Assembly: GCA_963789265.1 (NCBI GenBank)
Contig: CAWBKB010000001.1
Span: 2,240,001-2,304,000, forward strand
Source of the DNA: an uncultured delta proteobacterium
Lineage (GTDB): Bacteria > Desulfobacterota > Desulfomonilia > Desulfomonilales > Desulfomonilaceae
Direction of reading: 5' to 3'
DNA: 64,000 nt
The notes beneath the pieces are model-generated. The model was not told where the DNA came from. It searched no databases and worked only from the letters and a program-made list of their open reading frames with translations. The first letter of the stretch is position 1, and each line of letters opens with the position of its first letter. The translations under genes and the position numbers were made by a program. This document shows positions 38,366 through 48,147 of this stretch, one piece after another.

Positions 38366-39073
38366 ATGCTTCTCGAGATCAAAGATCTTCACGCCTTTTA
38401 CGAAGAAAGCCACGTCCTTCGGGGGATCTCCTTGGATGTGGACCATGGAGAGATTGTCTCTCTGCTGGGACGAAACGGAGTGGGCAAGACCACCACGCTG
38501 AAATCCATTATTGGCCTACAGGCTCCGCGTTCAGGCCAAGTGATCTTCGAGGACCGTAACATCGCAGGATTGGCTCCTCACACGATTGCCAACCTCGGCG
38601 TGGGTTACGTCCCGGAGGACAGAAGAATCTTTCCCAGGCTTACCGTCAGGGAAAACCTCCTGATGGGGATTAAACCGGGCCAGAAGGAGACGGCAAACGG
38701 CTGGTCCGTGGATAAGATCTATAACCACTTTCCGTCGCTGAAGGCGAGAGACAAGCAGAAGGGGGCTTATCTTTCCGGCGGCGAGCAGCAGATGCTGACC
38801 ATCGGTCGCGCGCTTATGGGAGAACCCAAGGTGCTTCTTCTGGACGAACCCACGGAAGGCCTGGCCCCGTTAGTAGTGAAAACCCTGGAGCAAGTCATTA
38901 CGGACGTTCACAACCATGGCGTGGCCATACTCCTGGTGGAACAGAATATGCGAGTGGTCATGAGGCTGGCGAAAAGGATCTACGTTATCAGCAAAGGCAA
39001 GATTGTTTTCCAAGGTAGTGGTGAAGAACTCAAGGAGGCCCGAGAGATCCGTAAGAAATACCTTGAGGTCTGA
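38366..39073 (+). CDS. livF: ABC ATP-binding protein
   Basis: GRNGVGKTT, LSGGEQQML, LLVEQN. Confidence 0.9.
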   Translation: MLLEIKDLHAFYEESHVLRGISLDVDHGEIVSLLGRNGVGKTTTLKSIIGLQAPRSGQVIFEDRNIAGLAPHTIANLGVGYVPEDRRIFPRLTVRENLLMGIKPGQKETANGWSVDKIYNHFPSLKARDKQKGAYLSGGEQQMLTIGRALMGEPKVLLLDEPTEGLAPLVVKTLEQVITDVHNHGVAILLVEQNMRVVMRLAKRIYVISKGKIVFQGSGEELKEAREIRKKYLEV

Positions 39074-39145
39074 AAGAAGTTATTTGGAGTGGGCGGGGGC
39101 GATTACCGCTCTTGGCCCCACACAAACCAAGAAGGAGGTAGTCAA

Positions 39146-40387
39146 ATGCTGAGAGGGAACCGTTGCGGTCTGTTGGCGACGCTTGTCACCCTTTTGTCTC
39201 TTGCCATGTGCCTCGGAGTCCCACCAACTTATGCCGCGGACGGCAAGATCGTGCTGGGACTTTGTGAGCCTCTATCCGGGGTCATGAAGGATGTGGGTGA
39301 CCGGTATGTCGATGCGGTAAAGTTCGCAGTGGAGGAGATCAACGCCAAAGGTGGAGTTCTTGGAAAAAAGTTGGAGGTTGTAGCCGAGGATAGTCAGCTT
39401 AAGGCCGATGTGGCGACCCGCAAGGCCACAAAGCTTATCCTCGAGGACAAGGCAGATTTCGTCATGACCGGGACTGGTTCCCATATCTGCAAGGCTCTGA
39501 TGAAGGTGGCGGAGCAGTACAAGAAAATTTGCCTCACATACGGGACAGAGAGCGCCAGCACCACAGGCGCCGATTTCAATCCGTACACCTTCCGAGCTTG
39601 TCTGAACACGGACCAGCACTCTGCCGCGGTAATCGAGTACTTCGCCAAGCACACCAAATACAAGAAATTCTATATCCTCTGTCAGGACTATGTTTTTGGT
39701 TGGGAAGCTGCGGAGGGATACAAGAAGAAGCTGAAGTCTATCCCAGGTGCAAAACTTCTGGGAGAAGATTTCCACCCCATCGGGCAGAAGGATTTCGCTC
39801 CGTACATTACCAAGGTGATGGCTTCCGGAGCTGAAGTGGTCCTTACTGCGAACTACGGACCTGACTTGGACAATCTCATCAAGACGGGAGCATCATTGGG
39901 ATGGAAATGCGTAACCGGCAACTATTTCCTCAACGATCCACTTCGCATGGAGGTGATAAAGGATGCGGGTATCGGGAGCGTAACAGCCGACTGCTACATG
40001 ATCACGATCGACACGCCCGAGAATAAAGAATTTGTCAAGGATTGGCATGCTGCGCACAAGAACATGACTATTGGGTTCTGGTATCCGGATATTTCTATGG
40101 GGCGCTGCTATTGGAGCATTCGATGGTTGGCAGACGTGATCAAGAAGGCGGGCAGCACGGACGCGCAGAAAGTTATTACGGCGTGGGAAGGAATGGAGTA
40201 CGACGTGCCCTGGGGCAAAGTCACCATGCGGAAGTGCGATCACCAGATGATCACTCCCGGGGTGGCTGCTGTTATTGTTGCCAAGAGTGAGTACTTCAAT
40301 TTCCCTTACATTGGCAAGCCGACGATAATTCCCTCTGGGGACATCACGGTGCCCCCTGCCAAGACTGGAAACCCCAGGTGCAAGTGA
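39146..40387 (+). CDS. ABC substrate-binding protein (LivJ/LivK-like)
   Basis: Signal peptide; AVEEINAKGGVLG, DYVFG, DFAPYITK. Confidence 0.9.
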   Translation: MLRGNRCGLLATLVTLLSLAMCLGVPPTYAADGKIVLGLCEPLSGVMKDVGDRYVDAVKFAVEEINAKGGVLGKKLEVVAEDSQLKADVATRKATKLILEDKADFVMTGTGSHICKALMKVAEQYKKICLTYGTESASTTGADFNPYTFRACLNTDQHSAAVIEYFAKHTKYKKFYILCQDYVFGWEAAEGYKKKLKSIPGAKLLGEDFHPIGQKDFAPYITKVMASGAEVVLTANYGPDLDNLIKTGASLGWKCVTGNYFLNDPLRMEVIKDAGIGSVTADCYMITIDTPENKEFVKDWHAAHKNMTIGFWYPDISMGRCYWSIRWLADVIKKAGSTDAQKVITAWEGMEYDVPWGKVTMRKCDHQMITPGVAAVIVAKSEYFNFPYIGKPTIIPSGDITVPPAKTGNPRCK

Positions 40388-40428
40388 CCGGTGAACGAAC
40401 GAGCAATCTCAAAGGGATGGCGGGTCTA

Positions 40429-40650
40429 AGGAAACTGTCCAAAAATCGGGGCATGCACGAAATTCGTAGCACGTTGCGTCTTTGTCCCGGCAATCCCGTG
40501 TTCCGCGCGGGACCGGGCTACTATCTTCGGTCCCTACGGGACGCCTGCATTTGAGCCCCATCGGGGCGATTGAAAGTAGACCGGTACTTCAGTGCCGGGC
40601 AGCCATCGTAGCACGATTTTGCGCATCGAAACAGTTTTGAGACAGCATTC
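40429..40650. mobile_element. MITE-like insertion inside a terminator-like hairpin
   Basis: Imperfect inverted ends (GGAAACTGTCCAAAAA / TTTTGAGACAGCATTC) with TA on both flanks; outer arms GGGATGGCGGGTC and GACCTGCCATCCC are complementary. Confidence 0.55.
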
Positions 40651-40781
40651 TATGGACCTGCCATCCCTCTCTAAAAGTCATGCAGCGTCATAGATAGGAA
40701 AGGAAGACACACAACTGCCTGATGCCACCGAGCATCCGGCGCAATGGTGCGGAATTTATTGATTGGCCGTGAGGAGGCCCA

Positions 40782-41684
40782 ATGAAACCATTTGAGAGAG
40801 TTGCACTAGTAGGCTCGGGCATCTTGGGTACCCAGATAGCCATGTTGGCCGCCAATGCGGGATACAATGTCAAGATCTATGATCCCAAAAAAGACGCATT
40901 TATCGAAACTTATAATAAAGTCAAAATCGATTTGAGGATGAAAAGGGTTAACCCATTCATACCCTGGGAAGATTGGGAGAAGTGCAAACAATCCATACAC
41001 CAGGTGGCAAGCCTCGATGACGCTGTGAAGGATGAAGATCTGGTTATCGAGTCCGTCCCCGAAAATGTTGAATTGAAGAACGCGGTATTCAGGGAACTCG
41101 GAGAGAAAACAGGTCCGCAGGCGATTCTCGCCACGAACAGTTCGTCGATACCCGTCTCAAGAATGGAAGCAAGCAGTGGAAGACCGGAGCTATGCTTGAA
41201 CATACACTTCTATGCTCCGTTGCAAGGAACAAATATGGCGGATGTCATGGGCGGGACCAAAACGCTTCCGGAAGTCTTACACAAAGGGGTTCGATGGGTG
41301 GAGTCCCTTGGCTGCGTTCCGCTTACCGTGAAAAAGGAAGTACTAGGGTTCTGCTTCAACCGGGTCTGGAGAGCCATAAAGAGAGAAGCACTATATATGT
41401 GGGCAAACGGTTTTGTGGATTTTCGAGATACAGATCGGGCCTGGATGGTTTTTTCAAGAATGAAAGAGGGTCCGTTTGCGATGATGGACAAAGTGGGGCT
41501 GGATGTAGTCCACGATATCGAGATGGTTTACTATAACGAGTCGAAAGACCCGAAAGACAAACCCCCGGATGCCCTTTTGGAAATGATTAAACGCGGCGAG
41601 TTGGGGGTGAAGAGTGGGAAGGGTTTTTACACATACCCGGACCCGGAGTTCCTTCGGCCGGATTTCTTGCAGCCTAAACGCTAG
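40782..41684 (+). CDS. 3-hydroxyacyl-CoA dehydrogenase family protein
   Basis: VGSGILG, ESVPE...K, ATNSSS, HF, GFCFNR, GPF..MD.VGLD. Confidence 0.9.
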   Translation: MKPFERVALVGSGILGTQIAMLAANAGYNVKIYDPKKDAFIETYNKVKIDLRMKRVNPFIPWEDWEKCKQSIHQVASLDDAVKDEDLVIESVPENVELKNAVFRELGEKTGPQAILATNSSSIPVSRMEASSGRPELCLNIHFYAPLQGTNMADVMGGTKTLPEVLHKGVRWVESLGCVPLTVKKEVLGFCFNRVWRAIKREALYMWANGFVDFRDTDRAWMVFSRMKEGPFAMMDKVGLDVVHDIEMVYYNESKDPKDKPPDALLEMIKRGELGVKSGKGFYTYPDPEFLRPDFLQPKR

Positions 41685-41718
41685 ATAGTTAGACGGAGCC
41701 GTTCAGAGGCCGAACAAG

Positions 41719-41903
41719 ATTTACCGCAGAGTGCGCCGAGCACGCAGAGAAAAAGATAGCTTATCCAGCGCCACGTGAATCACCGGCTCTTACAGTCGAG
41801 CCGGAATTGCCCTCGCTGTAACAGCCGACGTCTGACGTCCTCTATCGAGTAGACGCGCTGCGAAAACAGAATTCTCCGCGATCTCTGCGTTCTCCGCGGT
41901 GAA
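41719..41903. repeat. CCGCAGAG-type inverted repeat element, family B
   Basis: Left arm ACCGCAGAGTGCGCCGAGCACGCAGAG, right arm CTCTGCGTTCTCCGCGGTGAAC; the left part matches the reverse complement of 9779-9847; another arm lies at ~6428-6457. Confidence 0.75.
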
Positions 41904-41942
41904 CTATTGCAGTACAAATTTTATCAGGAGAAGAAGAAAAAC

Positions 41943-42864
41943 ATGGACAAACGAATTGTCACAGCGGCCATTACAGGAAGCATTCACACGCCGACAATGT
42001 CCCCACACTTGCCGATCACTCCGGATCAAATTGTCGAAGAGGCGGTGCGGGCCTACAACGCGGGCGCGGCAGTGGCTCATATTCACGCTCGCGATCCGAA
42101 AACCGGCATGCCTTCGGCAGATGTGAACCTATATCAGGAGATAGCATCCAAGGTGAAAAGCAGGTGCAACATAATTCTGTGCATTACCACGGGAGGCGGA
42201 TACGGAATGACCGTGGAACAGAGGGTGCGAACCGTTCCCTTGCTGAAGCCCGAATTGGCGTCTTGTAATTTCGGTTCGGTGAACTTTGCGTTGTTCCCCG
42301 TGCTCGATATGTATAGCCAATTTGAATATCAATGGGAAAAAGAATTCTTGGCTGCGTCCGAAGATCACATTTTCTCCAACACATTTAAGATGTTGAGAGA
42401 ATCCTTGCCGCTCTTCCAGGAAAGCGGGACTCTGCCTGAATTGGAGATCTACGATGTGGGCATGATCAACAATGCGGCTTTCATGTTAAGCAAAGGACAA
42501 TTGAAAAGACCCGTTTATATGCAATTTGTGATGGGAATACTCGGCGGTATTCAACCGACTCCCGACAATTTGATGTTCATGTACAAATCGGCAAAAGAAA
42601 CTCATAGGCGACTTCACATGGTCGGTTTGCGCGGCAGGAAAACAGCAGTTCAACATGTGCACCCTGTCTTTGGTTATGGGGGGCAACGTTCGAGTCGGCC
42701 TGGAGGACAATCTTTACCTCGGAAGAGGGGTTAAAGCTAAGAGCAACGCCGAGCAAGTTGAAAAGATAATACGCATGGCACGTGAGCTTGGTTTAGAGCC
42801 CGCGTCCCCCGACGAAGCCAGACAGATTCTCGGTCTCAAGGGGTTGGACAAGGTTGCCTTCTAA
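41943..42864 (+). CDS. Beta-keto acid cleavage enzyme (BKACE/DUF849, Kce-like); 1-nt frameshift near 42598-42600
   Basis: VTAAITG, AHIHARDP (HxH), ITTGG, PELEIYD, GGNVRVGLEDN. Removing one A joins the two ORFs. Confidence 0.9.
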
Positions 42865-43122
42865 AGGGAAGGCGGCGCCATTGAGTCGAATCAGAAATAG
42901 GAACTATTCACTTGGGAAAAGTCCATGTCCGTCATTCCGGCGAAGGACGGACCACGGTCGCGTGGCTACGCTGGACGGACCCCGGCCTTCGCTGGGTGAC
43001 GGTCTTATTGACCGCGAACGATGCGGTTCCCCCGCGTATGGCGAGGTCACCAGCATCCTACCGGCATCTTTGCTGTACGACGCTGCTCACTCGGGAGTAA
43101 TGGAGCCCATCGTGCCCCCCAC

Positions 43123-44352
43123 CTACCCCTCTGTCAATCGTGAGGCATCTCCACCCTGAAACGGCCCGGATGGGGAACTTGTGGCCAGCACCACGCTGAG
43201 GATCGCGGCCACGAACGCCAAACCAGCGCTTGCCAGGAAGTACCCGTGATAGTTCAAATGGGCCACCAATACGCCACCAACCACCGGGCCTAGGAAAAAT
43301 CCGGCTTGCACGGCGAAAAGCATCAGGTTTGCGTTGAGGGAACGGAAACGGACAGGCGAGACCTGGAACATCAACCCGTTGATCGCGGGATAACCCAAGC
43401 CCATGCCGAGCCCGAAGATAATCCCCGCCAGCGGCACGGCCCACGTACCCGGAAGGTGGTCGAGCGTCAGGTGTCCTACGGCAATAATGATGAAGCAGAT
43501 TCCCACCATCCGTGCTTTGTCGATGACGTCGAACAGCCGTCCGACTACGAGGCGAATGACTATCATTGTCATCATCTGTACCGTGAAAAAAGCCCCCACA
43601 TTTGCGAGCCCCTGCTGCTGCGCGAACCCTTTGAAAAGGAAGAAAAGGCTGCTCCAGTTGGCGAAGTAGCTCACGTTCAGCAGGAGCAGCAATGCTATCT
43701 GTAGCTGCGTCACATTGGCCCGGATGTCGGCCCAGGCAGGCAAACGTCCCTCTGTGAGTGCGACCCCCAGCCGCTCCCGGTGGCGCATGCGTATCCGCCA
43801 GACGATCCATGCCGCAGGGAGCAGCGAAATCGTTGCGGCAGCATACCCATAGGGCGGGCTAGGTATGAACGTCGCCAGCGTGTCCATCACCGCGGGAACT
43901 CCTGCGTAAGCAAGCAGTATGGCCACAGAATAGAGTCCGAAGGCTTGGCCGCTCTTTTCGGGAGGGATGACGTACACGAAGAACGCCATCGCACCCGCGC
44001 TCGTGCAAAACTGACCGGCGCCGTTGAGCGTGCGCAATGCCATCAGCCCCCAGAAGGAGTGAACGACAAAATAGCCGAAGCCGCAGGCTGCCATCAGTAC
44101 CATACCCAACAGCATGATACGCGGTGCGTTAGTCGTGTTAAGAAAGGGGCTCCCCACCAAATAGAGAATCATGGCGGTCAGCGAATAGATGCCAATCACC
44201 AGTCCGCGCAGGGAAGCGTCTATTCCGAGGGTCTGCAGGTAGTTGAAAAGATTGTAGAAGACGCTAACGTTGCAGACAGCCAGGAATGCTACCAGGCACA
44301 GGCCGACAAACTCGAACGTCAATAGCTTACGGGGTTCAGTCATGACATGCAT
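43123..44352 (-). CDS. MFS transporter
   Basis: 409-aa protein with about 12 hydrophobic segments; GRLFDVIDK motif-A-like loop. Confidence 0.85.
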   Translation of the reverse strand: MHVMTEPRKLLTFEFVGLCLVAFLAVCNVSVFYNLFNYLQTLGIDASLRGLVIGIYSLTAMILYLVGSPFLNTTNAPRIMLLGMVLMAACGFGYFVVHSFWGLMALRTLNGAGQFCTSAGAMAFFVYVIPPEKSGQAFGLYSVAILLAYAGVPAVMDTLATFIPSPPYGYAAATISLLPAAWIVWRIRMRHRERLGVALTEGRLPAWADIRANVTQLQIALLLLLNVSYFANWSSLFFLFKGFAQQQGLANVGAFFTVQMMTMIVIRLVVGRLFDVIDKARMVGICFIIIAVGHLTLDHLPGTWAVPLAGIIFGLGMGLGYPAINGLMFQVSPVRFRSLNANLMLFAVQAGFFLGPVVGGVLVAHLNYHGYFLASAGLAFVAAILSVVLATSSPSGPFQGGDASRLTEG

Positions 44353-44522
44353 CTTATCGCAGAGTTTCGCTTCAGCAAAATGAGGTGTACCGCCGTGTCA
44401 AGACAAAGCGCATATTATCACGCCACACGCGCATTGTAAGCCGGCCATGTCCTCCAATTCAAAGAGAATTCCCATGAGGTTACAATATATGGGAGTCTAG
44501 CCAACGCATTTGATAGCAATGC

Positions 44523-44753
44523 GCCATCAAACAGGTGACAATCCCGGCGAGGATATGGAGGGCAGGCATCCTGCCTGCCAGTCTTCACACCGGACTTCGA
44601 TCCGGGGTAGCGCCGGCGTCCCTGCCGGCGATTCGCGAACAACCGGCACAGAGGCCGGTCCTACTGGATGCCCGCGTACGCGGGCATGACGACAGGCAAT
44701 CACGCCCGGGCGTGACTGTCCCACTAAAAACACGCTGTCACTCGTTTGAAAGC
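44523..44753. mobile_element. Composite REP-containing MITE-like element
   Basis: Inverted ends GCCATCAAACAGGTGACA / TGTCACTCGTTTGAAAGC; its right ~90 bp is nearly identical to 6626-6715. Confidence 0.6.
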
Positions 44754-44813
44754 CGATCCGTATGAGAACGGGTTGGGGACTTCCTGTACCGAAATGAGTG
44801 CTCGACCGCTGCA

Positions 44814-45650
44814 TCAGATGAAAATCTGAGTGTAGGGACGTTCGTTCATCTTTTCGGCCAGCTTTCTTATCCGTTCTTCTACCTGAGCCGGAGTGATTTT
44901 TGGCTCAATGGCATGTTCAGGACAAAGGCGGATACAGTTAAAACAATCGAAACACTCTGAACCGAATTGTGGATACGGGTCCAAGGTGATGGCCTCAGCC
45001 GGGCATTCGTCCATGCACGTTTGGCACTGATTGCACTTCGTTTCATTCAATGACCTGGGAGTGGCGGCGCGTGGACCTGTGAGGCCTTCTTTCAGCTCAA
45101 CAGCTCTTTGTTCCGGCTGGTAATCCAGCGTACTGAGCGGAAGGCCGACATTGCCATCCATGACTCGGCTGAAGACCGCACTTACAAGTTTGTGTACCGC
45201 CATATCGTCGTCATCGTCGGGATGTCCTTGACCCAATGGGTTGTCACCCCACATGAATGAATGCACACCCAGCACTTTGGCCGCACCGGCCAAGGTGAGC
45301 CCTTTTTGCACCAGGCTGCGCCCCATTTGCCATAGGGCAATGCCACTGGATGCACCTCCCCATGTGACAAACGGGGCTGCGAAGCCCCCATCGAATTTTG
45401 GGAGCGCTTCGACAAACTGCATGACCGGAGGCACTGCCTGACCCATGTAAACGGGTGAGCCGACGAAGAGGCAGAGGTTCTGACGTGCTGTTTGCATCAA
45501 ATCCAAAACACGCGACCAATCATGTTCTCTTCCTAAATCCAGCGTATGAGTCCCGACACGGCGTTTCGTCAGCTCCTGTTGTATCACATCAGCAACGTGC
45601 TTCGTTGATCCGGCAGGGGAACAAAAGGCAATAAAGAATAGTCTTTCCAT
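44814..45650 (-). CDS. Flavodoxin-ferredoxin fusion (EFR1-like)
   Basis: SPAGSTKHVA flavodoxin loop, GSPVY, C-terminal CNQCQTCMDECP and CFDCFNCIRLCP. Confidence 0.8.
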   Translation of the reverse strand: MERLFFIAFCSPAGSTKHVADVIQQELTKRRVGTHTLDLGREHDWSRVLDLMQTARQNLCLFVGSPVYMGQAVPPVMQFVEALPKFDGGFAAPFVTWGGASSGIALWQMGRSLVQKGLTLAGAAKVLGVHSFMWGDNPLGQGHPDDDDDMAVHKLVSAVFSRVMDGNVGLPLSTLDYQPEQRAVELKEGLTGPRAATPRSLNETKCNQCQTCMDECPAEAITLDPYPQFGSECFDCFNCIRLCPEHAIEPKITPAQVEERIRKLAEKMNERPYTQIFI

Positions 45651-45672
45651 TGCTGCTTTTCTGCATCTCCTC

Positions 45673-46143
45673 TCATGAGTTAACATCAATCCATTGCTTG
45701 TCGCTCGCCCTCAGTTGGTACAGCCCCTGACTGGTAGCGACGACAGTTCCCGAACCATCCTTGAGTTCCGCGCGCAGAACAAACTCCGCCTTGCCGTTGT
45801 CCGAGATTTCGCGGACTATTCGATCGACTTCCTCCTGTGCAAGCGAGATTTCGGTGGTTACATCGGACTGGGCTGGACGAATGAATTTGATCGTTAGTTC
45901 CTTAATTATCGGATAGCATTTCGTGGGATCAAAGGTGGTCAGAATCAGTGCACCACCCGGAATCTCGGCAAGCGTGAAAAGGGCGCCTGCATACATGCTG
46001 CCGATGTGGTTTTCGTTCCCTCGGAGCGGAGCCCACAGCTTGACGTATCCTGGGGTCAACTCCAGGACCTTGAGTCCCATGCGTTCCACGAAGGCAATTT
46101 TTTTCTCTACAAGCTCCTTCAGGATTTCGGGAGAGAGCGCCAT
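45673..46143 (-). CDS. Hotdog-fold thioesterase (YiiD C-terminal/DUF4442-like)
   Basis: NENHIGSMYAGALFTLAE, IKFIRPA. Confidence 0.8.
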   Translation of the reverse strand: MALSPEILKELVEKKIAFVERMGLKVLELTPGYVKLWAPLRGNENHIGSMYAGALFTLAEIPGGALILTTFDPTKCYPIIKELTIKFIRPAQSDVTTEISLAQEEVDRIVREISDNGKAEFVLRAELKDGSGTVVATSQGLYQLRASDKQWIDVNS

Positions 46144-46175
46144 GTCTTGCTCCTTGTGAGATCTCCGATCCAGTC

Positions 46176-46410
46176 GTAGGGGCACCTCTCGTGGGTGCCC
46201 TGATAGTGTTCTGGTTCCCAAGCTCTGCCTGGGAATCCATATGTCGCGGGCTCTGCCCGCAAACTGCCTTTAGTTCGGTATCATATTCGAGGCAGAGCTT
46301 CGAGGGCAGGCATTCCCAGGCAGAGCCTGTGAACGAAAAAATCCCTTCGAAGCGTGCCCCGTCGCCATTCCCACGTACACGTGAATCCATTGTGGGGGCG
46401 CCTCTCGTGG
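46176..46410. repeat. REP-like cluster
   Basis: Two GGGGC(A/G)CCTCTCGTGGGTGCCC hairpins flank TTCCCAAGCTCTGCCTGGGAA / TTCCCAGGCAGAGC units. Confidence 0.75.
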
Positions 46411-46436
46411 GTGCCCGCAAGAGGGCAGACACTGAG

Positions 46437-47981
46437 CTACGCACCCAGCGTCGCCCCTCGGTCTTTGAACCTGTCCCGAAGCTGGTACTTCATCACTTTG
46501 CCGGAGACATTCACTGGTAGGGCCTCCACAATCTCCATGAGCCTCGGAATCTTGTAATCTGCCAGCCGTGTCTTGAGGAACTCTCTTAGTTCCTCGAAAG
46601 TTAGCTGTTGCTCCGGAGCCAGTGTGACGACTGCCATCACCGTTTCTCCCCACCCCGGGTGGGGTACTCCGATGACGGCAGCCATGCCAATCTTCGGATG
46701 CTCGAACAGAGCGTCCTCCACCTCCTTGGAGTACACGTTTTCCCCGCCTGTGATGATCATGTCCTTCTTCCGGTCGACTAGCGTGATATATCCTTCGTCA
46801 TCCAGCACTCCCAGATCGCCCGTATAGACCCAGCCATCCTGAATGGTCTCGGCTGTAGCCTGGGGGTTCTTGTAGTATTCCTTCATGGTAGTCTCGCCCT
46901 TGATGACCAACTCACCCACCACCTCCGGTTTGGTGATAGTGTTTTTCTGTTCGTCGACGAGCCGCGTCTCCATATTCACTATGTATTTGCCGCCTGCGCC
47001 CGCTTTACGGACCTGGTCCTTGGGGTATAGGGCTATTCCGCCAGGGCCGCCCTCGGTCAACCCGCACAGACAGTAGAAGTTCGTGGTCTTGAATTTATCG
47101 ATCATTTGCCTGATCGACTCTGGAGCCATCGGTGCCGCGCCATACCCGAAATACCGTACTGACGACAAATCGTACTCGTCGAAGTTCGGGACCTGCATCA
47201 GCATCAAATACATGATCGGAGCGCCGAAAAACTGCGTAGTCTTTTCCTTTTGGATCATCTCAAGCACCTGGTTCGGGATAAAGTCCTTCATGATTACGTG
47301 GGTACAACCCATGTAGGTGCCGGGATTGAGGTACAGGTTGAGCTCCGCGGAGTGGAACATCGGGGCGACATGCAGAATACGATCATCCTGATTGAGTGCA
47401 TAGATGGAACACACTGTAGTGGTCCCGACCATCTGGCTATGATGCACCAGTACTGCCCCTTTGGGCCGTCCTGTTGTTCCCGAAGTGTAGATGATCTCGC
47501 TCTCGGCAAACTCGTCCACTTCGATACCCGGGTCCGATGAATTCCCCGAAGCCATAATTTCTTCAATCGGATCGCATCCGTCGAACCTGCCGGGTCCTGC
47601 CGATACGAAGTAATTGATCTTGCTCAGCCGCGCTTTCATTGCCATGACCGCTGGCTCGAAAACATCGTCGAAGATCACGGCTACGGCGTCGCAATTATCC
47701 AAAATGTATTCGGCTTCCGGCGGGGCCAAGCGGAAGTTGACCGGTACGGCAACTGCGCCGGTCTTGACGATGCCGTAGAACGCGATAACGAACAGGTCCG
47801 AGTTGAACATCCACATGGCCACCTTGTCGCCTTGTTTCACCCCCGCCTTTATGAGAGAGTTGGCAACCGTGTTGACCCGGTCGTCCACCTCGGCCCAAGA
47901 ATAGCGTTTGTCCTGATAGACGATCCCTTCCTTGTCAGGAACTGTACGCTTGTTCCGTGCGACGAGTCCTCCGAGATGCAT
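46437..47981 (-). CDS. Long-chain fatty acid-CoA ligase family protein
   Basis: YTSGTTGRPKG, GLTEGG, TGDLG, DRKKDMIITGGENV. Confidence 0.9.
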   Translation of the reverse strand: MHLGGLVARNKRTVPDKEGIVYQDKRYSWAEVDDRVNTVANSLIKAGVKQGDKVAMWMFNSDLFVIAFYGIVKTGAVAVPVNFRLAPPEAEYILDNCDAVAVIFDDVFEPAVMAMKARLSKINYFVSAGPGRFDGCDPIEEIMASGNSSDPGIEVDEFAESEIIYTSGTTGRPKGAVLVHHSQMVGTTTVCSIYALNQDDRILHVAPMFHSAELNLYLNPGTYMGCTHVIMKDFIPNQVLEMIQKEKTTQFFGAPIMYLMLMQVPNFDEYDLSSVRYFGYGAAPMAPESIRQMIDKFKTTNFYCLCGLTEGGPGGIALYPKDQVRKAGAGGKYIVNMETRLVDEQKNTITKPEVVGELVIKGETTMKEYYKNPQATAETIQDGWVYTGDLGVLDDEGYITLVDRKKDMIITGGENVYSKEVEDALFEHPKIGMAAVIGVPHPGWGETVMAVVTLAPEQQLTFEELREFLKTRLADYKIPRLMEIVEALPVNVSGKVMKYQLRDRFKDRGATLGA

Positions 47982-48047
47982 AGCTAAACCTCCTTTTGTC
48001 CGGCGTTCTGATGCGATTCGACCAGTGTGACACCATTTCGCATTCAT

Positions 48048-48092
48048 AATCCCCCCTTCCCCCCCCTTACTAAAGGGGGGTTAGAGGGGATT
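48048..48092. repeat. CCCCCTT...AAGGGGG hairpin repeat, family C
   Basis: AATCCCCCCTTCCCCCCTTACTAAAGGGGGG; same family as the IS1595 target at 6781-6808 / 9681-9697. Confidence 0.7.
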
Positions 48093-48147
48093 TTTCGCAT
48101 AATTTTGAATGCGAATGGTGTAAAAGCCTCGGACGTGAGTACCCGAC

